From IMG/VR virus record IMGVR_UViG_3300032328_000698, positions 1 through 38,382 of that record: DNA of 38,382 nt. One strand, given 5' to 3'. Every line of letters starts with the position of its first letter. Position 1 is the stretch's first letter. Below, piece after piece: positions 1 through 7,780 of this stretch. Origin of the DNA: a virus. Its lineage: Duplodnaviria; Caudoviricetes. A program made the position numbers and the translations under genes. The notes below the pieces were generated by a model. The model saw only the letters and a list, made by a program, of their open reading frames with translations, had not been told where the DNA came from and made no database searches.

Positions 1-1
1 C

Positions 2-541
2 AAATGCCAAGCCTGAGATATTGTAGATTGGAGCCTTCCAACCTGCAATCTTCATGTGTGCTACCATTTCCTCATTGGTGGCCAAAACACCGCTAACAAA
101 GCTATCCAACATCTTTTCATATCTCGCCATCCACTCTCCCATTCCCCACACATGAACGAAATCATCAGGATCAATGGACTGAGCAAGACACCGCACAAAA
201 ATACGGGGACGAAGGCCAGGATCAATTTGATCCATAATATAAGGCAGGCTCTCGATTCCGGGCTGAAACATGTCTTCAAAGTACACCACATCTTCATGGT
301 CGAGTTCTCCTGCTTTCATCATGCGGATCAAGTTCATCAGTTGGCTCATACCAAAGTATGTGCGTCCATGTGCATCCAGCACCTGTCCTGTGACGATGGC
401 TTGGTCATTGCTGAGTGTTTCGCCGGGCACTACAACATAGTCGAGCCCACGGCGATCGAACGCAGCAGTGTTCCAATCTTGCAGTTGCAGAGTATAACGA
501 GCCTTGTACGGCTCTAGCCCCATGTAGTAAAGTTTTCTCAT
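2..541 (-). CDS. Probable glycosyltransferase (GT-B-like), N-terminal part; runs off the left edge of the window
   Basis: Not in the ORF track because no stop lies in the window. My translation from ATG 541 is open to the edge: MRKLYYMGLEPYKARYTLQLQDW...VVYFEDMFQPGIESLPY...VLATNEEM...IYNISGLAF. The alternating beta/alpha pattern resembles phage GT-B glycosyltransferase N-domains; the catalytic C-domain is not visible. Confidence 0.55.
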   Translation of the reverse strand, partial: MRKLYYMGLEPYKARYTLQLQDWNTAAFDRRGLDYVVVPGETLSNDQAIVTGQVLDAHGRTYFGMSQLMNLIRMMKAGELDHEDVVYFEDMFQPGIESLPYIMDQIDPGLRPRIFVRCLAQSIDPDDFVHVWGMGEWMARYEKMLDSFVSGVLATNEEMVAHMKIAGWKAPIYNISGLAF

Positions 542-563
542 AGTGTCGATCCTTTGATGGAGT

Positions 564-1436
564 TTAACATTTTTCTAATAAGTTGTAAAGTGTTTTGGAA
601 TCTGTTGGAAAGGTATTTAGGCCGTCACAGCGTATTTCATATCCATGTGCTCGCAATCGTTGTTGAACAATAGCCTCGGCTATCAAATGTGTAGGCTGCC
701 AAGAAAATTCTTGTTGGTTAATTGCGGAATCAACTATCTGATCTAGTAGATCAAATTCATCCACGATGTATTGTTGGGCCCGTTGCCATTTTGTGACAAA
801 GGAACTGAGATCTCCGTCTAGTGTAAGACCGCAATGATTGATTATTTTGATCAATGTTGGTTCTGTATCATACAGCAGGTCTGTGTTGATGATCTTTAAG
901 AAGTCGTTGGGTACCTGATTTTGAGACTGTATCCATTCCTGTATCCATTCTGCATAAAACAAACTGAACCATTCTCGCTGTTCCCATGGTTGCATTTCTT
1001 TCCAGTGTTTGTATGCTGTATTCCAATGGACTATATTATGTGAATTATTATAACAAAAAATTTCCAATCCCATCCTTTTTCCTACACTGATTTTGTGATG
1101 TTGAAACAGTATGTTAAGTTCTGCAGATCTTAAATCATTGGCATACATCAAAATTGATCGACTATTTTCTCCTAGGTATAGATCGTGATAATCCAATATC
1201 TCTGGCAGGTGAAGAGTTTTAAAAGGATATATAGGAGTTGTTATCGAATTGTGCTGTATTTTTTTTAAATCACTCAACATATCTTCTTGACAGATATGAA
1301 GTTCTTTGCCGTAACTGTGCATGCTTCCGTCGGGTAGTATGGCTCCATCAATAGAATCATACTCCTGAGAAAATGTTCTTAGTACATATTCTATTGTACT
1401 TCCGAACATTCCAGGAACGAAAAACACATGGATCAT
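564..1436 (-). CDS. Hypothetical protein with sulfotransferase/P-loop-like N-terminus
   Basis: 290 aa ORF; N-terminal strand followed by PGMFGST resembles the PAPS-binding loop; AT-rich relative to flanks; ATGA overlap with the upstream gene. Confidence 0.4.
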   Translation of the reverse strand: MIHVFFVPGMFGSTIEYVLRTFSQEYDSIDGAILPDGSMHSYGKELHICQEDMLSDLKKIQHNSITTPIYPFKTLHLPEILDYHDLYLGENSRSILMYANDLRSAELNILFQHHKISVGKRMGLEIFCYNNSHNIVHWNTAYKHWKEMQPWEQREWFSLFYAEWIQEWIQSQNQVPNDFLKIINTDLLYDTEPTLIKIINHCGLTLDGDLSSFVTKWQRAQQYIVDEFDLLDQIVDSAINQQEFSWQPTHLIAEAIVQQRLRAHGYEIRCDGLNTFPTDSKTLYNLLEKC

Positions 1437-1657
1437 GTGCGATAGCCGGCCAGACGCCGCAGATCCTCATCCCACATGTTCTTGGCTGATTTGCCTTGAC
1501 TGTGTTTGTTGAATTGTTGGAATGCATAACTACGGAAGTTATACAAGTCCGCCTCGTTGAATTTGTAACCATAATCCACGCAGAACTCGCGGTATTGATC
1601 GAGATCGTCCAGAGTTTGTTCTGTACGGGGATTGTGTTTGATAATAGGCTTGGCCAT
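1433..1657 (-). CDS. Hypothetical protein (74 aa)
   Basis: ATG preceded by GAGGA Shine-Dalgarno; fills the gap between neighbours and overlaps the next start. Confidence 0.75.
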   Translation of the reverse strand: MAKPIIKHNPRTEQTLDDLDQYREFCVDYGYKFNEADLYNFRSYAFQQFNKHSQGKSAKNMWDEDLRRLAGYRT

Positions 1658-1666
1658 AGGTTCCTC

Positions 1667-2119
1667 TTAGAATTTAATTGATAAAACAGGTTGGGCGAGA
1701 TTGTATTGTATTAAGGCGCCGTTCTCACCATCCTCGGCAACCTCGATCCATATCACACGATTAGGATATCTTGCAGCAATCTGATCATAAAGATCATCCG
1801 CCATCATTTCACAACTTTTGTAGTCTAGACTTAGAGTGCTATCACGATACAGATTCTTGAGCCATCGCTTGAACTGGATGAACTCGATGTCCCGGTCATT
1901 ATGGAACACATCGATCCACACCCGGAAATGAAACATGTGACGGTGAGGATTAGCAAGGAACGATACATCATATTCATCTCCGGTGGCCAGGGCAGGATCG
2001 GTGGCAGCAGCTGGATATTTATGGATACCTTCTTTGCAGAAGGTCACCCAGATCTTGCGATCTGCTTTTTCACGCACAGTAGTGCGTTGTTCTACTAGTG
2101 ATTGTTCTCGTTGATTCAT
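1667..2119 (-). CDS. QueD/PTPS-like (6-carboxytetrahydropterin synthase-like) T-fold protein
   Basis: EGIH, PHRHMFHFRV (HxH zinc motif), DRDIEF and C-terminal KSCEM (S/T-x-E motif) match the PTPS/QueD pattern. Start moved to MNQREQ at 2119 to avoid overlap with the upstream gene. Confidence 0.65.
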   Translation of the reverse strand: MNQREQSLVEQRTTVREKADRKIWVTFCKEGIHKYPAAATDPALATGDEYDVSFLANPHRHMFHFRVWIDVFHNDRDIEFIQFKRWLKNLYRDSTLSLDYKSCEMMADDLYDQIAARYPNRVIWIEVAEDGENGALIQYNLAQPVLSIKF

Positions 2120-2123
2120 GATA

Positions 2124-2681
2124 TTATTCCCAAGTAAAAAGTTTGTGAAAAGTTGATCGAGACATGGCCTCAAGTTTCTTCATGGCACCATCAGTAAATC
2201 TGAACTGATATGACCTAGGTCCGTCGGCCTGCCGCTCAAAAAACCCAAAGTAGCCGCCGGGTATATAATTACTCTCATCACCTTGGATGATTTTTTGTCT
2301 AGCTGCTTCGTAACATTGTTCAATTTTTTCTTGTATATATGGTGCTGTGAAGTCATAGACTCGGTCCGAGACAATCACTTGATCTTTGGTCTTGACTCGA
2401 TATTGTCGCTGCAATTTGTCATGGACCACAGATTTTCGATATGGAGTTAATTTAATATCCTCAGGTGTCATTCGAGCGATTGTTTGTGCAGAAGTGGCAT
2501 CGAGATCTCTTGATTTGACTTCCATCTCAATCTCTGGTATATCTGGACCAGCCCTATTAGACATAGGATAACCTTGCTCGCCAAGTTCCTCGTGAATATA
2601 TCGACCAGCGGCGCCATTGATATTTGATGGAACCGATCGGCCAACCATGTTTGCTTTGAGTCGAACAACTCTGGGTTTCAT
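2124..2681 (-). CDS. PD-(D/E)xK endonuclease-like protein (MutH/Sau3AI/MvaI-like)
   Basis: GAAGRYIHEELG...SNRAGPDIPEIEMEVKSR shows the G..G...E..LG...N...PD....E.K arrangement typical of MutH/Sau3AI-type catalytic cores. Confidence 0.55.
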   Translation of the reverse strand: MKPRVVRLKANMVGRSVPSNINGAAGRYIHEELGEQGYPMSNRAGPDIPEIEMEVKSRDLDATSAQTIARMTPEDIKLTPYRKSVVHDKLQRQYRVKTKDQVIVSDRVYDFTAPYIQEKIEQCYEAARQKIIQGDESNYIPGGYFGFFERQADGPRSYQFRFTDGAMKKLEAMSRSTFHKLFTWE

Positions 2682-3184
2682 AATGTTTCGTCCTTGGTAT
2701 ATTTAGACCAGTCAGTAAAGTGATCCCAATTTTGTAAGTCATGTATGCTGTGGCACCAAACGCCGGGATTGGTTGCAGCAAAGTCTTTGTCGTCCAGTTT
2801 GAGTGTGGCGTTATAGCCCAGTTGTCGGATGTAAGGCATCTTGACCGAGATCATGGGAATGAAGTTGCGATATTCAACAAGTCTAGATTCCACCAAACCT
2901 TCCACACAGCTGACATCTATGTCCAGGGTGCATAGATAGTCGCGATCTAGGAATGGCCGGATCATGTCTTCCCAAGATTTCCATGCCTCGGCATCATTTA
3001 TATCTGGATTGGGAAAACTTTGATTAGCACCAAAGTAGATATGCCGCCGCCCATTCATGCGATACCCGATCCATTCCTGTTCTTGAATACCGACCACAAA
3101 CAATGTGGGCATTCCAAATGCCGGTGTGTGTTCTACTTCAGTTCCGTAAAAGAACTTAACATTGTCATGACCTTCTCTATTCAT
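2678..3184 (-). CDS. Hypothetical protein (168 aa), N-terminus weakly reminiscent of QueE but lacking CxxxCxxC
   Basis: Overlaps both neighbouring genes; FFYGTEVEHTPAFGMPTLFV resembles the QueE N-terminal F..xQGEG...G.P.xF pattern. Confidence 0.5.
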   Translation of the reverse strand: MNREGHDNVKFFYGTEVEHTPAFGMPTLFVVGIQEQEWIGYRMNGRRHIYFGANQSFPNPDINDAEAWKSWEDMIRPFLDRDYLCTLDIDVSCVEGLVESRLVEYRNFIPMISVKMPYIRQLGYNATLKLDDKDFAATNPGVWCHSIHDLQNWDHFTDWSKYTKDETL

Positions 3185-4409
3185 AAAAGTTATCCTCTGA
3201 TAAGTCTGTGATCAGATCCCAATCCGTTTTAATAAGATTGAAAAACTCTGGTGTTACCTGTTGTAGTGATTGCGATCTGTAAAGATCTTGTCGTTTGGTC
3301 CAAATAATAAACTGCTTCCAAATCTTAGGATTATGTGTACCGATGTCTATGTAACCTAAAATTTCTGGGTGTTTCACTTTTTGTCGTATAGCTGATTTTA
3401 CATGATCTGGCGCGATATGTAAAGCCAAATAGGTTGGAGAGTTTACCATATTGACATAAACATTGCCAATCCGTGATTGTAACCAATCAAAGATATCATC
3501 GATATACCACATGTTGAGAAGACTACAGGTTAGTCCAGCCATAACGAACACTTCACAATCTAAAATTGTATCCAACTTTAATATGTGATCTAGGACCTGC
3601 TCTGCCTCATGCCATTTACCGGGCCACCGCATGTATTCAAATTGATCACCGGTGCCATCGATGCTTAGAGAAATTTCAACACGTTTAAAGTTATTCCATG
3701 CTTGTTTTAATCTGTCTGTCGGATGATTGGTGCAGTTGGTACTATAAAATAATGTGATTTTTTTACTCAATCCTTTTTCAATGAGATATTCTAGTAAGTC
3801 GAGTTGAGTGATATTTAAAAACGGTTCGCCACCAAAAAAATCAATCTTCTCTAAGTTATCTGCAATATCTTTGTACTGCATAAAATCCATATGTTTAGGT
3901 GGCAATAACGGAATAAATCGGTTGCCTGATTTACCTTTTTCTTTTGTGTCATACAACTTAGCGTAATGCTGACCTTCTTTGGTATAAGTGTTGGTATCCC
4001 AACCGCCGCAACTACGGCAAGCAAGATTGCATATATTACTAGATTTGAATACCGCAGTTTTTGGACCACTTTCCCATTTACCGGATTTGATGAACTCATT
4101 GTAATCAGTGGGAAAGTATTCATACTGCCTTTGCCGTAAACTGACTTTTCCAGCAGATTCCTCGTCCCAACACCGGTAGCAAGCTGCTGGTTTGTCACCA
4201 TTGATAAATTCTTGTCTGAGCTGATTTAATTCAGAACTATTCCATCGTTGTTCGGGAGTTAAATTTCCATGATGCCATTCTCCAGCACCAAATGCACAAG
4301 GACTATTGCGCCCATATGCATTTTGTCGGGTGCTTTGAAACGGTGCTATACAGAAATGTTTTAAAGGTTTGTCAGGTAACTGCCCTGTTAAATCTTTAAG
4401 AATTGTCAT
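3177..4409 (-). CDS. Radical SAM protein with N-terminal SPASM/twitch-like cysteines
   Basis: CNLACRSC (CxxxCxxC), FFGGEPF, YSTN and SLSIDG motifs; N-terminal FCIAPF...SPC...CYRC. Start reassigned to MTILKD (4409). Confidence 0.85.
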   Translation of the reverse strand: MTILKDLTGQLPDKPLKHFCIAPFQSTRQNAYGRNSPCAFGAGEWHHGNLTPEQRWNSSELNQLRQEFINGDKPAACYRCWDEESAGKVSLRQRQYEYFPTDYNEFIKSGKWESGPKTAVFKSSNICNLACRSCGGWDTNTYTKEGQHYAKLYDTKEKGKSGNRFIPLLPPKHMDFMQYKDIADNLEKIDFFGGEPFLNITQLDLLEYLIEKGLSKKITLFYSTNCTNHPTDRLKQAWNNFKRVEISLSIDGTGDQFEYMRWPGKWHEAEQVLDHILKLDTILDCEVFVMAGLTCSLLNMWYIDDIFDWLQSRIGNVYVNMVNSPTYLALHIAPDHVKSAIRQKVKHPEILGYIDIGTHNPKIWKQFIIWTKRQDLYRSQSLQQVTPEFFNLIKTDWDLITDLSEDNFYE

Positions 4410-5898
4410 CTTGTACATCGAATAATGCCGAAAACTGTGTATTAGCATTAACAGTTTTTTTGCCTTTGAATCCCCGGGTGCCAACAATCTGATTCCAGTA
4501 TCCAGTTTTGCCTGCATACTTTGTATCTTCAATGATGTCCATCGAAGCCTGCCTGGTGGGCGCAGCAAAGATACGTTCCACGATGTCTTCAAAGAATTCA
4601 TAATCGCCGCCATCATGTCGCATCATGGCAGGGTGTGCGCCGGAATCAAACTCACGATTGGCTCGTTGTACTGCCTCCAAATGCATCCATACATTATGCC
4701 CCATCAACAATGCATACGAGAATGAGTCCCACGATGTCTTGCCTTCTTTGCCGATCTTGTTGAGATCGCCGGGCTTGTAGATACAGATGTCCTTCATGGT
4801 GAACAATTTACTCAGTGGACTTTCATCAAAGTGATCGACCAATCCATCCGCAATCACAGCCTGCCCATATGGTCGTGTGTCTGTGCTGTATTTCTTGTCA
4901 TCCGCGATAGGGCTCATCCTATAGCACCACTTGCCATCGTGTGGCAAGTCAATGTGATGATACACTTGACCATTGGCAGTGGCAAGGAATGGGCTGGCAC
5001 AATCAAAGGATATAGTGAAATCTGGATTAACATATTTCCTAACAGCCCTTTGAATCACGGTGAGTAGCACAGCCCATTCCAACTTACTTGTGCCCAAGAA
5101 GTGCATCCAATCATGCACACCCTGTTGTAGCAGGTTGTCATGTCTCAACGCCACTAAACGCTTGAGCACAAGATGCACATCGCACATGTTCTGCCCACCC
5201 ATGGCCCAACCATCAAAGTGTTTGCCCGGGTATTGTTGTGGATCACAGTAGTGCTTCATGGTCTGATACCATTGCTCTGCCGAGGTATGATTGTCACCTT
5301 GCAATACATTCAAGAACTTGGCACCACCGTTGTCTTTGCCCTTACGGTTAGCCATGAAGTATTCATTGTTGAACTTGGTAGCATCTACTGCTTCTTGCAG
5401 TGTAGTAATCTGACATGCAGCACTGGCTTTCTTGTCATGAATCACCCATGTTGGAATATCCAAGATCATTCCATAGTCACTTAGAGTGTCTAACCATGTA
5501 AAGATAGCAGCTCGCTTCTTCTGTGCTTTTGCACAGCCCGAATTAGCACGCCAATCACCTTCCCACAAGCCCTTGGCAATCTGGAATCCGCCAGAGTCAC
5601 CTAGAATGAAGCTGCCCGGTTCTCTGTTGCGAACCATGTCCTCTGACCAGTCCTGCTTGTTGAGATCCAAGTTAGCATGCCCACCTGAATATAGACTCCA
5701 CTTGTATGGAAACAATGCCTTTTGACTGTTAAGCCAATTCATCTGTTCCATGTCTGTGAGTCCCGCAGGCAGTCTAGCAGGATCCACATACGGTTCATTG
5801 CGTTGCTTGCCTATGAATGTGGCGTAAAATCCTGAGATGGCCGGGAGGAACACAGCATAGTTATTTTGTTTAGCTGTGAGATTGTCTTGTTCAATCAC
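4396..5898 (-). CDS. dpdA: tRNA-guanine transglycosylase-family protein, most likely a DpdA-type 7-deazaguanine DNA transglycosylase
   Basis: TGT signatures DSGGFQ, MILD, VLQG, GWAMGG, HFLG and SFD. No C-terminal CxCxxC zinc site of canonical Tgt. Lies directly after the clamp and near a QueD-like gene; GTG start overlaps the clamp stop. Confidence 0.75.
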   Translation of the reverse strand: MIEQDNLTAKQNNYAVFLPAISGFYATFIGKQRNEPYVDPARLPAGLTDMEQMNWLNSQKALFPYKWSLYSGGHANLDLNKQDWSEDMVRNREPGSFILGDSGGFQIAKGLWEGDWRANSGCAKAQKKRAAIFTWLDTLSDYGMILDIPTWVIHDKKASAACQITTLQEAVDATKFNNEYFMANRKGKDNGGAKFLNVLQGDNHTSAEQWYQTMKHYCDPQQYPGKHFDGWAMGGQNMCDVHLVLKRLVALRHDNLLQQGVHDWMHFLGTSKLEWAVLLTVIQRAVRKYVNPDFTISFDCASPFLATANGQVYHHIDLPHDGKWCYRMSPIADDKKYSTDTRPYGQAVIADGLVDHFDESPLSKLFTMKDICIYKPGDLNKIGKEGKTSWDSFSYALLMGHNVWMHLEAVQRANREFDSGAHPAMMRHDGGDYEFFEDIVERIFAAPTRQASMDIIEDTKYAGKTGYWNQIVGTRGFKGKKTVNANTQFSALFDVQDDNS

Positions 5899-6617
5899 TT
5901 GGTCTGTGCCGGCAAGATGTAGTTATAAACAGATAAACCACTATCCACAGTGATCTGCATACAGCCATCATCACTGATCTTCATGGTCTTGTCCCCGGTC
6001 AGTCCCAAAATGCTTATGACCTGTGCCACTGGCCAACTCCACGAATGTTTCAGGGTACCTGTGACATCTGGTTGGAACACAAAGTTACCGCTGTGGGTAG
6101 AGTGATCACCAAAGAAGAACTTCAAGTTTTTGTTTTCAGTTTTGACTTGGAAATTCGGCTCTTCAGAGTTGGCCTGCGCTTGCATCTTGAGGCGTTGGAT
6201 AGCAGCCACTGTGGGTTCAAAAGTGATGTGCCAGTTCACGCCTTTGAATTTTAATGTCTTGAGTTTTTCGTTTACAATCTCACTTGCCATGAATCGGTAG
6301 TTGTTGCGGAAGTCGCCTGCTTTGTTTTCAAAGGTGATACCATCCGGTTCGCCTGTAGTGCGCTTGGTAATTGCTAACTTGGCATCTTCACGATATTCCT
6401 GCAAGTTGATCAGGGTCTTGAGTTTGCCAAGATTGGGCATACCGAATGTGCCAATAAAGTCAGCCACTGGGTTAGCGAATTGTGCTTCCAGTATTACCGA
6501 TTTGTCTTCAGCAACACCGTTCACTGTGGTGTCGGCAGTGGTGCCGGTTACTTTGATCAAGTCAATGCAGCCGAGATCATAAGTGTGTTGTACGAGGTCT
6601 AAGAGATGGTCTTTCAT
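5895..6617 (-). CDS. DNA polymerase sliding clamp (gp45/PCNA-like)
   Basis: 240 aa with a two-domain beta-rich pattern and PCNA-like C-terminus (YNYILPA); lies in the polymerase operon; AAGGA SD. Confidence 0.7.
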   Translation of the reverse strand: MKDHLLDLVQHTYDLGCIDLIKVTGTTADTTVNGVAEDKSVILEAQFANPVADFIGTFGMPNLGKLKTLINLQEYREDAKLAITKRTTGEPDGITFENKAGDFRNNYRFMASEIVNEKLKTLKFKGVNWHITFEPTVAAIQRLKMQAQANSEEPNFQVKTENKNLKFFFGDHSTHSGNFVFQPDVTGTLKHSWSWPVAQVISILGLTGDKTMKISDDGCMQITVDSGLSVYNYILPAQTK

Positions 6618-7780
6618 TTGTTTTCCTTTGGTTTAAATAGTTGTCGAAGATATTCTTCGGAATAGTTCTTTGCTTCAACATATGCAGATATGGTTCGCCG
6701 AACTTTTTTGATATTGAATTCACGCTTGGTCTTGTCCTCACTGATATCAACATTCAAAACTCGGGCTAGTTCAATCAACATATCTAAGTCTAGTTCATTA
6801 TAGAGATCTTGTGTGGATTTGTCAACAACTTTTGGAGCCGCAGGTGCCTTTTTAAAAACACTCGCTAATGCCTGTGCTCCTCGTATGCTATCAAGCACTC
6901 CAGGTTTTTTAATTTCTACCCATGTTGTGCCAGACAGGTGGGAGTGAACATGCACTATTTCATACCCTACATTTCGAGCATGTTGTAAAATCAAGCGCCC
7001 CGGGGTATAGCAGTGAAAATGATGTTCTGCTGATCCCACTGCTGTCCATTGGTCACAATCATTGAAACTGAATAAAAAAGTGCCACCGGATCTCAACAAC
7101 AAAAAGACTTCATCCAAGTATTTCTGGATGATTTCCAATGGTTTGAAGTCAAAGTAATAGAATGCATATACTAACCCAAATTGTTTCTGAGGTAAATTGA
7201 CAAAGATATCAGTTGAGGTGTATTCTTCTATCACATAGTATTTTAATCTTCGTTGGTACTCCGATGTAAACAACGATCGCACAGGAGCCAATAGATCTTC
7301 ATGTGTATCCACTAGGTACAACGGATCAAATGCTACTAAACTTTCTAGGCCGGGACTTTGCACCGGACGAATCACCATGCCGGGATATTGCCAATTGGAA
7401 TACGAGTTCAATCTATCTTGAAGATTTGTAGTATCAGCATCTAGCTCTCGAGTTCGCTTTACAATCCATTCAGGGGTATCAAATCTCATACCCCCTTGAT
7501 AGCGAGTTGTGCTCTCAGCAAAATACTCTGGTTCGTTTTGCTCAATTAAAGTCTGCACACCTTCTCGCAGTCGTTTTAATTTTTCTTCGTACTGGATCAA
7601 TAATGTTGTTAGATCGTTCTGTATTGAGATCAGATCCGCTGCTAGATCCTCGATCTGCACTTGGCTATGTTGCACAGTATGAGTGATCTTGGTTACTTCT
7701 GCTATGGCCGTGACCATGGCATCTTTCACACTGAGTGTGTGTAGATGATTTAGATATTGGACTATGTTGCTGAGTTTCAT
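6614..7780 (-). CDS. Class I SAM-dependent methyltransferase-like protein with N-terminal coiled coil
   Basis: LPQKQFGLVYAFYYFDF...YLDEVFLLLRSGGTFLFSF matches C-terminal Rossmann MTase motifs; motif I looks degenerate. Confidence 0.55.
   Translation of the reverse strand: MKLSNIVQYLNHLHTLSVKDAMVTAIAEVTKITHTVQHSQVQIEDLAADLISIQNDLTTLLIQYEEKLKRLREGVQTLIEQNEPEYFAESTTRYQGGMRFDTPEWIVKRTRELDADTTNLQDRLNSYSNWQYPGMVIRPVQSPGLESLVAFDPLYLVDTHEDLLAPVRSLFTSEYQRRLKYYVIEEYTSTDIFVNLPQKQFGLVYAFYYFDFKPLEIIQKYLDEVFLLLRSGGTFLFSFNDCDQWTAVGSAEHHFHCYTPGRLILQHARNVGYEIVHVHSHLSGTTWVEIKKPGVLDSIRGAQALASVFKKAPAAPKVVDKSTQDLYNELDLDMLIELARVLNVDISEDKTKREFNIKKVRRTISAYVEAKNYSEEYLRQLFKPKENK
6797..6825 (-). promoter_or_regulatory. 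Perfect consensus sigma70 promoter TTGACA-N17-TATAAT, inside the methyltransferase CDS
   Basis: Minus strand reads TTGACA (6825-6820), 17-nt spacer, TATAAT (6802-6797); about 180 nt upstream of the clamp start. Confidence 0.8.

Noticed and set aside
4410-4616. Long N-terminal extension of the radical SAM ORF, and similar extensions of the pol, dps, QueD-like and 23774 ORFs
   Set aside because: The extensions overlap upstream genes; downstream ATGs give normal stop-start coupling or an SD.
4396-5898. Canonical tRNA-modifying Tgt
   Set aside because: It lacks the C-terminal zinc-binding CxCxxC...H motif and sits in the DNA replication operon, so a DpdA-type enzyme fits better, although this is not proven.
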